Assembly (NCBI GenBank): GCA_963701855.1
Contig: CAVPBK010000004.1
Location: 96,001-160,000 of the forward strand
Source: Nitrospirota bacterium
GTDB taxonomy: Bacteria; Nitrospirota; Nitrospiria; Nitrospirales; Nitrospiraceae
DNA: 64,000 nt
Direction of reading: 5' to 3'
Part shown: positions 10,752-19,688 of the stretch, one piece after another
Numbering within the stretch: the first letter of the stretch is position 1
Layout of the letters: every line of letters begins with the position of its first letter
Position numbers and translations under genes: made by a program
Notes under the pieces: generated by a model
Told to the model about the DNA's origin: nothing
The model's database searches: none
Seen by the model: only the letters and a program-made list of their open reading frames with translations

Positions 10752-10948
10752 AAGACCTCCCCTCTCGCATATCCAAGCGCTGCCAAAATCTGCTCCCGCG
10801 TGACTATATAGGCATCCTGCACCGACTCAATACTCTCCCCCGCAGCCAACGTCGCCACCACAGTCGCCACATCGATACGTGTCCCAGTGAGACAAGGCTT
10901 TCCGAATCTGACACCGGGGTCCATCGAGATACCAGGAAAGATTTCCAT
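10748..10948 (-). CDS. DUF433 domain protein (putative antitoxin; appears C-terminally short and has no PIN partner)
   Basis: 'ISMDPGVRFGKPCLTGTRIDV...LAAGES.......Y..TREQI.AAL.YA'. Confidence 0.85.
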   Translation of the reverse strand: MEIFPGISMDPGVRFGKPCLTGTRIDVATVVATLAAGESIESVQDAYIVTREQILAALGYARGEVL

Positions 10949-10975
10949 AGCCAAGGCCTCCTCTCCCACTGCGCA

Positions 10976-11248
10976 CTACGCCGTCAGCAACATTACTTCA
11001 GTGGCAACAATGCGCGGCGACTTCCATGTGCCGTCAGTTCCCCCTTGATACCCCGCCTCTTTCAGAATATCGTCCAATGTGCCGAGCATTTTAGCTTCCT
11101 CCACGAACAAGCGTACGGCAGTCTTTAAGCCCCCTCTCGCCTCATCCACGTTGTGCCCACAACTGGAGACATCCAACTCGGGGCAATGAGCCACAAAGCT
11201 CTTACCTTCCTGAAAAATAATCGCATCAAACTCAATTGGAATCATCAT
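10976..11248 (-). CDS. HicB-like antitoxin (no adjacent HicA)
   Basis: 'IFQEGKSFVAHCPELDVSSCG..VDEA...LK.AV.LF.E'; RBS GGAGG before ATG 11248. Confidence 0.8.
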   Translation of the reverse strand: MMIPIEFDAIIFQEGKSFVAHCPELDVSSCGHNVDEARGGLKTAVRLFVEEAKMLGTLDDILKEAGYQGGTDGTWKSPRIVATEVMLLTA

Positions 11249-11258
11249 AGCCTCCGCA

Positions 11259-11360
11259 TCAAATTGGATCACATTCTGAAATCTCGACGATCTTCTGGCA
11301 CTTGCCGTTCGTCTGATTATGCTGCGCGATGAGATCTTTGGTGATTGCTACTGCTTGCAT
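11259..11360 (-). pseudogene. Degenerate duplicate of the purL 5' end
   Basis: Translates [33 protein letters not shown], versus Pur[27 protein letters not shown]; has its own RBS (GGAG). Confidence 0.85.
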
Positions 11361-11448
11361 AAATCAGCTACTCCGGCTCGCGTGCGGCTCCCGATGCCCC
11401 CAACAAGTTCGTCCAACATGGTCTTGCGGGTGGCGACCTCAAAAATTC

Positions 11449-12279
11449 TCACGAATTGCTCACTGCGGGAGATGAAGAGCGTAGATTCCACACTTCCAGG
11501 ACGAACGCAGTCAATGTATGAGCCGCATGAATTGCCAGGCGGGCGTGAGCCGATGTCGTTGCAACTGCCCCTCGTCCTCTCCCATGCGCCGAACCAGCAT
11601 GAGTACGAAAAGCTCCAACTGCATCTACAATCCCCGAGAGACTTCCAAGCAACCTTGCCATATCCTGATCCGCAACGGAGCTGGGATCTAACCCGAGATG
11701 ACCTTGAACTGCTTTCCATAAAGGCTTTACTGACTGATCACTTGGCATCTGCAGCCCATTATCCTGAATATACACCTTGCACAATGACTCGATTACTGCA
11801 GATGCAGCGGTTACGGCTGCTGGCGGATCGCTCTCCACTGAACTTAGAGTCCGATTGAATTCCGCTTCAAGCCCTCCAAAATCCCTGCTCCTTATTATAG
11901 TCTGCAAAGTACGCGTCGGAGTTGCTGTATTGCCACCAAGGATTCGACCTCCTTGTTGATAGGTCAATCCAAAACGGGCAAGGGCCTGCTTCACACGTTC
12001 CTGTCGCTGCTGCAGCTCTTGGGCTAGATAATGGAAAGATGAATCCTTCTCCAGAAACTCTTCGAGTACACCTCCCAGAACTGCAAGCGAACTAACAGTC
12101 TCATCGCTATTTGTTCGGCGGAGCCATTCGGAACACTTGTCTATCTTGTTTCCCTGCGGTGGATCACCGAGAGCACCACTCCGTTGGAATACAACTCCAA
12201 GTTGAGAATGCGTGTGAAACCAAGCCAGTGCATCACTCACTTCCGCTATAAGCGGATTTGGAATCTGATCCTCTGGCAT
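11449..12279 (-). CDS. Abortive infection family protein (AbiJ-like N-terminus, Abi_C/HEPN-like C-terminus)
   Basis: C-terminal 'DPPAAVTAASAVIESLCK...LSGIVDAVGAFRTHAGSAHGRG...HARLA' with an Rx(4-6)H-like motif. Confidence 0.8.
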   Translation of the reverse strand: MPEDQIPNPLIAEVSDALAWFHTHSQLGVVFQRSGALGDPPQGNKIDKCSEWLRRTNSDETVSSLAVLGGVLEEFLEKDSSFHYLAQELQQRQERVKQALARFGLTYQQGGRILGGNTATPTRTLQTIIRSRDFGGLEAEFNRTLSSVESDPPAAVTAASAVIESLCKVYIQDNGLQMPSDQSVKPLWKAVQGHLGLDPSSVADQDMARLLGSLSGIVDAVGAFRTHAGSAHGRGRGAVATTSAHARLAIHAAHTLTAFVLEVWNLRSSSPAVSNS

Positions 12280-12310
12280 TACACTCCTTGCTTCCTACGC
12301 AAGGTGAGGG

Positions 12311-12490
12311 CATGGCCAGAGCGACCTTGCCGAGAGCGGTCGGGACCCATCGAGAGTCAGCCAGGAAGGAAAGCTGGAACTGACTGACGCTTCACGGTCT
12401 GCAAAGACCGTGGCGGAAGGAATTCCAGAAGGTTTCCACCTGGCTGACTCCAAAAGGGTGACCGCGAAGGCACAGGAGTGGTTGACCATG
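12311..12490. other. Long rod-like fold-back (candidate ncRNA or MITE)
   Basis: Nested pairs gcggtc/gaccgc, accc/gggt, gagtcagccagg/cctggctgactc, ggaaa/tttcc, ctggaa/ttccag, and cacggtct-GCAA-agaccgtg. Confidence 0.55.
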
Positions 12491-12493
12491 TCC

Positions 12494-13219
12494 TCACCCA
12501 GCCCCCACCATCTTCAGTTGTTTCTTGTTCCCCTTCAGCGACTCCAGCATCGACAGGAAAATCAGCTTCCCTTCGTCATTGCCCAATACTGCTTCTGCGC
12601 AACGCTCCGGATGCGGCATCATGCCCAGCACATTGCCTTCGGCGTTGATGATCCCGGCAATGTTGTCGAGTGAGCCATTCGGATTCGCTTCCGGTGTCAC
12701 CCTGCCCTCGGGCGTGCAATAACGGAGCACGATTTGAGCGTTGGCCTGCATTGCCGCGAGCGTAACCGGATCGGTATAGTAATTGCCATCCGCATGGGCG
12801 ATCGGAATCTTGAGCACCTGACCGGACTCATAGGTGCTGGTAAATACCGTGGCCGCATTTTCAACCTTCACCGACACATCCTTGCAGATGAAATTCAGCG
12901 ACCTGTTCCGGAGCATGGCCCCTGGCAGCAACCCTGCTTCGAGCAGAATCTGAAACCCGTTGCAGATGCCGAGCACCAAGCCACCCTTCTTCGCAAACTC
13001 CTTCACCACCCCCATCACAGGCGAGAACCGCGCGATAGCGCCAGTCCGTAAATAGTCGCCGTAAGAAAACCCGCCCGGCAACACAATCGCATCCAGCCCC
13101 GCGAGCAACGTCTCCTTGTGCCAGATCATCTCCACATACTGGCCCAGCACATCCTTGAAGATATGCTGACAGTCGTGATCGCAATTACTGCCGGGAAAAA
13201 CCACCACTCCGATCTTCAT
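12494..13219 (-). CDS. purQ: FGAM synthase glutaminase subunit PurQ
   Basis: [31 protein letters not shown]. Confidence 0.98.
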   Translation of the reverse strand: MKIGVVVFPGSNCDHDCQHIFKDVLGQYVEMIWHKETLLAGLDAIVLPGGFSYGDYLRTGAIARFSPVMGVVKEFAKKGGLVLGICNGFQILLEAGLLPGAMLRNRSLNFICKDVSVKVENAATVFTSTYESGQVLKIPIAHADGNYYTDPVTLAAMQANAQIVLRYCTPEGRVTPEANPNGSLDNIAGIINAEGNVLGMMPHPERCAEAVLGNDEGKLIFLSMLESLKGNKKQLKMVGAG

Positions 13220-13252
13220 AATCCGCAGCCTTTTCGTCTCACGTTTAACGTT

Positions 13253-13495
13253 TTACGCCGTGAGTTCATATCGGTATTCCTCAACGATCGTGTTCGCCAA
13301 CAACTTCTCGCACATGGCCTTGACCTGAGCCTCGGCCTTCACCTTGTCCTTTTCATCCACATCCACTTCCATGTACTTTCCAACTCGCACATTGCCCGCA
13401 TTCTTGAACCCCAGCGAATCGAGCGCATGCTCAATCGCCTTCCCCTGTGGATCGAGAATCCCTTGTTTGAGCGTGACATGAATCTTGGCTTTCAC
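13253..13495 (-). CDS. purS: FGAM synthase subunit PurS
   Basis: LDPQG and LLANTIVEEY motifs. Confidence 0.97.
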   Translation of the reverse strand: MKAKIHVTLKQGILDPQGKAIEHALDSLGFKNAGNVRVGKYMEVDVDEKDKVKAEAQVKAMCEKLLANTIVEEYRYELTA

Positions 13496-13510
13496 TGCTC
13501 CCCTCCTTAC

Positions 13511-13633
13511 CAGGATGCTGAAAAAACCCGCCAGCGTCGTTCTCGCATCGTTCAGATCCTCAACGTACCCCAGAGGGTACGCCTCCGGTCTTCACTCGCT
13601 GCGGCCTTGCTGACAGGCTTTTTGAGCATCCTG
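13511..13633. mobile_element. MITE-like repeat, family A (123 bp)
   Basis: Terminal inverted repeats CAGGATGCTGAAAAA ... TTTTTGAGCATCCTG; inverted homologue at 18198-18366. Confidence 0.75.
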
Positions 13634-13675
13634 TGGAAACACCCCCTAGTTCGCTCATTCCTCACCGTTCTCTCT

Positions 13676-13900
13676 TCACTCCTGACCCCCCTGGTCAGGC
13701 GTATTGGACTGTCTATCTATATATCTCCTGATCCATAAAATCCCCGCGATAGTCCCGAGCCCGGCCAAGGCAAGCGCCACCATCGGCCAACGCCAGCGTG
13801 AACCTTCCAAGCGATAAGCCAATACAGCCACCAGCGCCGTGGACACGAAAATCGACGCCACCAACCCATAATTCATGAACCACTGCCTAAACCACCTCAC
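13676..13900 (-). CDS. Small 2-TM hypothetical protein
   Basis: 74 aa, two hydrophobic helices, RBS GAGGAG, lies inside the pur gene run. Confidence 0.65.
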   Translation of the reverse strand: MRWFRQWFMNYGLVASIFVSTALVAVLAYRLEGSRWRWPMVALALAGLGTIAGILWIRRYIDRQSNTPDQGGQE

Positions 13901-13943
13901 GACTCTCTCCTCTTCTAATTCCCTCCCTTAAAGGATCGGGAAA

Positions 13944-14227
13944 CTTCCATGAGGGGATGGTGGAGTTGTCCTCGACTGCGCGACCTTCTCACCCACCCGC
14001 CCTGGAGGCGCCGAGACGCGTCCTTGCCCAAGCGAGAGCCTTCCTCTTCTACCACTCGTTCTACACTCTCACGCAAGGGAGTGGCCAGATCATCCTTTAC
14101 TGCGCGCATCGAACGAGCACTGTCTCACCGTGCGCGTTCTGCGAGCAAGAAGGATGGTCTGGCCGCTCCCTACTCACCCTTCCCAAGCCGCGCGTTCTGT
14201 GAGCAAAGAAGCCTGCCGCTCCATCCC
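13944..14227. repeat. Dispersed repeat, family B
   Basis: gggagtggccag...ctggccgctccc inverted ends and a core shared with 6248-6518 and 32588-32835. Confidence 0.85.
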
Positions 14228-14932
14228 CTACCCGCAAACTCGTCTCAGGACTTCTTGATACGCCTCTTCAATCTTCCCCAAATCCTTCCTAAACCGATCC
14301 TTATCCATCGACTCCTTCGTCGTCTGATCCCAAAAGCGGCAGGTGTCAGGCGAGATCTCATCGGCCAGGATCAGCTGGCCGTTGTGCATCCCGAACTCCA
14401 ATTTGAAATCGACGAGAATCATCTGTCGTTCACGGAAGAACGGCTGCAAGAGGCTATTCACTTTCAATGCGAGCCTCTTGATCTCCGTCATGTGCTCCGG
14501 TGTCGCCAGCTTCATCAATCGAATATGCTCATCGGCGATGAGCGGGTCGCCCAGCGCATCGTTCTTGTAGTACCACTCTACGATGGCCGGCTCGATAGGA
14601 TCACCCTCTTTCAGCCCCAGTCGCTTCGCCAAGCTCCCCGCCACAACGTTACGGACCACAACTTCCACCGGCACGATCGTCACCTTCTTTGTCAACAGCT
14701 CCCGGTCACTGAGGCGTTCGACAAAATGCGTCGGCACACCAGCCTGTTCCAGCAACCGAAAAAGCCGCTCGGACACTTTGTTATTGATGACGCCCTTCTC
14801 GACGATGGTTCCACGTTTCTGCGCGTTGAAGGCCGTCGCATCGTCCTTGAAGTACTGGACGACCTGATCGAGCCTGTCGGTCGCAAAGACTTTCTTGGCC
14901 TTGCCTTCGTAGAGTAGTGTGCCCACCGTCAT
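14228..14932 (-). CDS. purC: SAICAR synthetase
   Basis: [38 protein letters not shown]. Confidence 0.98.
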   Translation of the reverse strand: MTVGTLLYEGKAKKVFATDRLDQVVQYFKDDATAFNAQKRGTIVEKGVINNKVSERLFRLLEQAGVPTHFVERLSDRELLTKKVTIVPVEVVVRNVVAGSLAKRLGLKEGDPIEPAIVEWYYKNDALGDPLIADEHIRLMKLATPEHMTEIKRLALKVNSLLQPFFRERQMILVDFKLEFGMHNGQLILADEISPDTCRFWDQTTKESMDKDRFRKDLGKIEEAYQEVLRRVCG

Positions 14933-14950
14933 TGTGACTCCTTCGTTTCG

Positions 14951-15748
14951 CTACTGCGCCAAAACCTCGATGATTTCGTCCAACGACTTTACGGTGCCGA
15001 TCAGCGTCGGATGCCCGAACCGTCGGTTATACGGAAACTCTTTCACCTTCTCCAACGCTAAAATCAAGCTATGGAAATCCTCCAGCTTGGATGTCTCAAA
15101 ATAGGTGATGAAATCCAGATCGTCGAGACCGCTGGAGTGATAGAGCTTCCGTTTGACCGTCTTAATATAGGGGATCGAGGCTTCCGTATGTTCCCGCATC
15201 ATGGCCGCGCGCTTGTCCTGATCCAGCCCCCACCAGTCTGCGCTCTTACGGATCGGGATCACAATCGCATAGGGCTTCGGTCCCGGCTCGCTGGAAATCT
15301 TCAATTCGGCCTTGAGGTTGTCCGGCATGCCCGGGACATAGTTTGCTTTCTTGGTCAGGCCATGCATGATGGCGGCCGTCGTAAGATGTTTGCCAAAGAG
15401 ACTGCCTTGAAGATCCAGGAGAAATTGTTGGGTCTCGCGCAACTCGGTCGCATGTATACGAAAGAGCACATCCGCGTGATCAGATAGTCCGCGAAGAAGA
15501 TAGAGATCGATCGCCACCTTCTCTCGATGCTGCTCGACCACTCCCTTCAGGAGGGTCAATTGCGCAATACGCACCGCCTGATCCTGCTTCCCCCAGTCCG
15601 CATCGAGACTGAAGGCGGCAAAGGTGCCATAGACGCCCGGCTCGCTCAGAAGCTTGTCGCGATCGGCAGCCTTAACGGCCGGCGCTATTGCCAAAACGAC
15701 ACACACCAACACCGCAACACGCGCGAGAGTAGAAATAGCTGACCTCAT
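14951..15748 (-). CDS. cld: Periplasmic chlorite dismutase (long, clade-1 type)
   Basis: Signal peptide; IPIRKSADWW, proximal EHT, distal Arg in VKRKLYHS, DFITYFET, VKEF; strongly resembles the N. defluvii Cld sequence as recalled. Confidence 0.9.
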   Translation of the reverse strand: MRSAISTLARVAVLVCVVLAIAPAVKAADRDKLLSEPGVYGTFAAFSLDADWGKQDQAVRIAQLTLLKGVVEQHREKVAIDLYLLRGLSDHADVLFRIHATELRETQQFLLDLQGSLFGKHLTTAAIMHGLTKKANYVPGMPDNLKAELKISSEPGPKPYAIVIPIRKSADWWGLDQDKRAAMMREHTEASIPYIKTVKRKLYHSSGLDDLDFITYFETSKLEDFHSLILALEKVKEFPYNRRFGHPTLIGTVKSLDEIIEVLAQ

Positions 15749-17073
15749 CGTTTCCTTCCTTTCCTTGATTTACGAGTCTCCGATCCGAAGACCCGCCGAA
15801 AAATCTTGTCGAGATGACGCAAATAATACTTCGGATCAAAACAGGACTGAATCTCCGCCGCCGTGAGATGTTTCGCCACAAAGGGATCTTTGTGGACTAA
15901 TCCTTGTAGTGCCCCCGCCCCCTTCCATGAGGCCATCGCATTGCGCTGAACAGCCTCATACGATTCCTTCCGCTGTGCGCCCTTCTCGATGAGCCGAAGG
16001 AGCAGCCGTTGCGAATAGACCAGCCCTCCGGTGAGATCGAGATTGCGTTTCATATTGGCGGGATAGACCACCAGATGCTTGATGAGGTCGGCAATCCGCG
16101 CCAGCATATAATCGACCAGAATAGTGCTGTCCGGCATGATCACGCGCTCGACGGACGAATGGCTGATGTCGCGCTCATGCCACAACGCGACGTTCTCCAT
16201 CGCCGCGAGACTATTGCCCCGCACGATGCGCGCCAACCCGCAGAGGTTCTCCGAGGCGATCGGGTTCCGTTTGTGCGGCATCGCCGAGGACCCTTTCTGC
16301 CCTTCCGAAAAATACTCCTCCGCTTCGAGCACTTCGGTCCGTTGCAGATGACGAATCTCCGTCGCAAACTTTTCTATGCTGGCTGCCACCAGCGCCAATG
16401 CCGAGACATAGGCCGCGTGGCGATCGCGCTGCACGATTTGATTGGAGACAGGGTCCGGCGTAAGCCCCAGCTTGGCACAGACGTACTCTTCCACTTCAGG
16501 CCCTTGATGCGCGAAGGTGCCCATCGCGCCGGAGAGTTTCCCAACCGCGATCTCTTGCCGAACATGTGTCAGCCGCTCTCGGTGCCGGCAGGCTTCTTCG
16601 TACCAAATAGCCAGCTTAAAACCGAACGAGATCGGTTCGCCATGAATGCCGTGTGAGCGGCCGACCATTATCGTGTGCTTGTACCTCAGCGCCTGCCGCT
16701 TCAAGACAACGATCAACCCTTCAAGATCCTCGAGGATAAGGTCGAGCGCCTCAGTCATTTGCACGGCCAACGCGGTGTCCACAATATCCGACGAGGTCAA
16801 CCCCATATGGAGGAACCGATGCTCCGGCCCGACCGATTCCACGAGAGATTCGAGGAAGGCAATCACATCATGTTTCGTCACCTTCTCGATTCTGGCAATC
16901 CGCTTCACATCGATCGTGGCTTTCTTCCCAATACGAGCCGCCGTGCCGCGTGGAACCTGCCCAGCCCGCTCGAACGCCGCGCAGGCGGCCAACTCGACTG
17001 CAAGCCAGATCTGGTACTTGCGTTCCAACTCCCAGACGGCTTTCATCCTGGGACGGGTATAGCGATCAATCAC
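15745..17073 (-). CDS. purB: Adenylosuccinate lyase
   Basis: MIDRY, HDVIAF, GRSHG, GSSAMPHKRNP signature. Confidence 0.98.
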   Translation of the reverse strand: MIDRYTRPRMKAVWELERKYQIWLAVELAACAAFERAGQVPRGTAARIGKKATIDVKRIARIEKVTKHDVIAFLESLVESVGPEHRFLHMGLTSSDIVDTALAVQMTEALDLILEDLEGLIVVLKRQALRYKHTIMVGRSHGIHGEPISFGFKLAIWYEEACRHRERLTHVRQEIAVGKLSGAMGTFAHQGPEVEEYVCAKLGLTPDPVSNQIVQRDRHAAYVSALALVAASIEKFATEIRHLQRTEVLEAEEYFSEGQKGSSAMPHKRNPIASENLCGLARIVRGNSLAAMENVALWHERDISHSSVERVIMPDSTILVDYMLARIADLIKHLVVYPANMKRNLDLTGGLVYSQRLLLRLIEKGAQRKESYEAVQRNAMASWKGAGALQGLVHKDPFVAKHLTAAEIQSCFDPKYYLRHLDKIFRRVFGSETRKSRKGRKR

Positions 17074-17154
17074 GGCAGCCTCGTGAGAGGTGAAACGTGA
17101 ACCGTGAAACGCATGAGAAGAAACAGTTTGCTCTGAATTTCAACATCTCACCTT

Positions 17155-17604
17155 TCACGTTTTACCTTTTACGTCTGCAGCTTCGGCCCGTTTGGTGGCC
17201 AGCGTCAATTCCTTGCCCAGGACTTGATCCAAAATGCCATTCACGAACTTCGACGCGTCGTCGTCGCCGAAACTTTTTGCCAATTCGATGGCTTCATTCA
17301 CTGTCACCTTGGCCGGCACGTCATCCATCCACAGCAGTTCATACACGCCGGCACGCAGGATATTGCGGTCCACGATCGGCATGCGGCTGACTTTCCAATT
17401 GGTGGCGTATTTCCCAATGAGGGTATCCAACTCTTTCTTCTTTTCCAACACCCCGGCCACGAGCCGTTCAGCAAAGGCCTTCACCTCATCCGTGGCCTCA
17501 TTCTCCTTCCAGAACATATCCAACCACAGGCCCGGCTTGCCGTGGATATCGTACTGAAACAGAATCTGGAGCGCGCGCTCCCTGGCATGATGGCGTGATC
17601 CCAT
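17155..17604 (-). CDS. nusB: Transcription antitermination factor NusB
   Basis: [34 protein letters not shown]. Confidence 0.97.
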   Translation of the reverse strand: MGSRHHARERALQILFQYDIHGKPGLWLDMFWKENEATDEVKAFAERLVAGVLEKKKELDTLIGKYATNWKVSRMPIVDRNILRAGVYELLWMDDVPAKVTVNEAIELAKSFGDDDASKFVNGILDQVLGKELTLATKRAEAADVKGKT

Positions 17605-17611
17605 AACTAGG

Positions 17612-18157
17612 TTAAGCCTTGCGCTTTCGCGATGCCCGCTTCTTGGCTCTTCGGACTCGCGGAACTTTAGCGCTCGGCGGAGCCTCCTCACCTGCCCGTA
17701 AAAGACGCATGACCGTCGCCATTTCGATCGCGGACCTGGCCGCCTCCCCGCCGCGGTTGAACTTAGTCGGATCGGATCGCTCGATCGCCTGCGCGATCGT
17801 ATGTGTCGTCAGCACGCCGAAAATAATCGGCACATCGGCATCCAGCGCCGCCTGCCCGATGCCACGGCTTACCTCTGCGCTAATGTAATCGAAATGCGGT
17901 GTGTCGCCACGAATAACCGCCCCGAGACAAATCACCGCATCGAACCGCTTCGTCCGTGCCATCGTCCGAGCCGCCAAGGGAATCTCGAATGCCCCAGGCA
18001 CCCGCACCGCTTCGATATCGTCGGCCTTGGCCCCGTGTTTGGACAACCCCTCAACGCAAGAACTCAGCAACTTGCTCGTGACGAACTTGTTGAACCGGGC
18101 GACAACAATCCCGAACCGCAACCCCGTCGCATCCTGAGACCCTTTTCGCAGTTTCAT
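17612..18157 (-). CDS. ribH: 6,7-dimethyl-8-ribityllumazine synthase
   Basis: [31 protein letters not shown]. Confidence 0.98.
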   Translation of the reverse strand: MKLRKGSQDATGLRFGIVVARFNKFVTSKLLSSCVEGLSKHGAKADDIEAVRVPGAFEIPLAARTMARTKRFDAVICLGAVIRGDTPHFDYISAEVSRGIGQAALDADVPIIFGVLTTHTIAQAIERSDPTKFNRGGEAARSAIEMATVMRLLRAGEEAPPSAKVPRVRRAKKRASRKRKA

Positions 18158-18197
18158 GTACTAACAGTCACCTTCCACTCAGCTATTATGTTCTCAT

Positions 18198-18366
18198 CAG
18201 GCTGCTCAAAATGGTCATCCGGCGAGGCCGCAGTGGAGAAACGACCGGAGGCGTACCCGTTCTCACCCCCCCTCCCCGAGCTGCTAAGACAGCTCTCTCC
18301 CCGTGTGGGGTACGTTGAGGATCGTTTCGAGCCGAGAACGAAGCTGGGGGCCATTTTCAGCAACCG
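18198..18366. mobile_element. MITE-like repeat, family A (inverted copy with internal insertion)
   Basis: CAGGCTGCTCAAAA ... TTTTCAGCAACCG ends; ccggaggcgtaccc...gggtacgttgaggatc...gagaacga is the reverse complement of the 13511-13633 core. Confidence 0.75.
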
Positions 18367-19584
18367 TTATACCTTTTTCAGAATGTGCCCCATTTTATTC
18401 TTTTTCGTGCGCAAGTACTTCACGTTCGCCGCACGCGGCTGGATCTCGATCGGTACACGTTCGACGACTTGCAGCCCATACCCCTCGATGCCGACAATCT
18501 TGCGGGGATTGTTTGTAATGAGCTTGATCTGGTGCAGTCCGAGATTGACGAGAATCTGCGCCCCCACGCCGTAATCGCGCAGGTCTGCCTTGAATCCCAG
18601 TTTCAAATTTGCTTCGACCGTATCGCTTCCCTCATCTTGCAACCCATAGGCTCTGATCTTATTGAGCAATCCAATGCCGCGCCCTTCTTGATTGAGATAG
18701 AGCAGGACTCCGCGACCTTCCTTCTGAATCACTTCCATCGCCTTATGGAGCTGGTCTCGACAATCGCACCGCAACGAACCCAGAGCGTCGGCCGTCAAAC
18801 ACCCTGAGTGCACCCGCACCAGGGTAGGATCGCCTCCCTCCACACGCCCCTTCACCAACGCAATGTGCGTGACCCCGTCCAATTCGTTTTCGAAGGCCAC
18901 CGCTTCAAAATCGCCGAACATCGTCGGCAGCCGCGCGCTGGCCATCCGCCGCACAAAGGGCTCGCGCTGCATACGGTATTCGATGAGCGCCTTGATCGTG
19001 ACCATCGTCAACTTGTGCGCTTTTGCAAACTGCGTCAGCTCGGGAACACGCGCCATGGTGCCGTCCTCGTTCATGATTTCGCAGATCACCCCGGCTGGAG
19101 TGAGCCCGGCCAACCGTGCCAGATCTACAGACCCTTCTGTTTGCCCCGCCCGCTTCAACACACCGCCCTGCTGCGCTTTCAAGGGGAAAATATGGCCGGG
19201 CCTCGCCAGGTCGGCAGGCTTGGACTTGGGATTGATCGCCACATGAATCGTCGTGGCCCGATCCGCCGCAGAGATACCGGTCGTAATATCTTTCCGAGCA
19301 TCGATAGAGACAGTGAAGGCCGTGCCGAAGGTGGCGGTGTTCTCCACCGCCTGTTGCGGAAGGTGGAGTTCTTCGACACGCTGGGGCGTCAATGTGAGAC
19401 AGATCAGCCCACGGGCATGTCGGGCCATGAAATTGACGGCCTGGGGCGTCACGTGTTGCGCTGCCATGACAAGATCGCCTTCATTCTCGCGATCCTCATC
19501 ATCGACGAGGATGACAAACTTCCCCTTCTTGATGTCCCGAATGGCGTCTTCGATGTTCTGAAATGGCGTGGCCGTGATTCCCAT
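18367..19584 (-). CDS. ribBA: Bifunctional DHBP synthase / GTP cyclohydrolase II
   Basis: [41 protein letters not shown]. Confidence 0.98.
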   Translation of the reverse strand: MGITATPFQNIEDAIRDIKKGKFVILVDDEDRENEGDLVMAAQHVTPQAVNFMARHARGLICLTLTPQRVEELHLPQQAVENTATFGTAFTVSIDARKDITTGISAADRATTIHVAINPKSKPADLARPGHIFPLKAQQGGVLKRAGQTEGSVDLARLAGLTPAGVICEIMNEDGTMARVPELTQFAKAHKLTMVTIKALIEYRMQREPFVRRMASARLPTMFGDFEAVAFENELDGVTHIALVKGRVEGGDPTLVRVHSGCLTADALGSLRCDCRDQLHKAMEVIQKEGRGVLLYLNQEGRGIGLLNKIRAYGLQDEGSDTVEANLKLGFKADLRDYGVGAQILVNLGLHQIKLITNNPRKIVGIEGYGLQVVERVPIEIQPRAANVKYLRTKKNKMGHILKKV

Positions 19585-19688
19585 AATGTTGAATATTCAA
19601 TGATGAGTGTTCAATGGACGGTCAATTTATCATTTAACATTACATATGTAACATTGTTTTTTCGCCCGACTGTCAACGGTGAAATTGA

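Noticed and set aside
11395..11450. attC-like 3' end (…gaacttGTTGGGG) after the Abi gene
   Set aside because: No matching RYYYAAC left box or convincing hairpin, and no integron integrase in the window.
12355..12378. 'gtcagccaggaaggaaagctg' resembling the SRP RNA domain IV motif
   Set aside because: Does not form the CAGG-x-GGAA-x-AGCAG helix 8; these bases pair elsewhere in the long fold-back.
13949..14917. 322-aa plus-strand ORF sharing 'HRARSASK' with other ORFs
   Set aside because: Read-through of repeat B plus the purC antisense strand; not a protein family.
18154..18363. 69-aa ORF between ribBA and ribH
   Set aside because: Lies almost entirely within the family A MITE.
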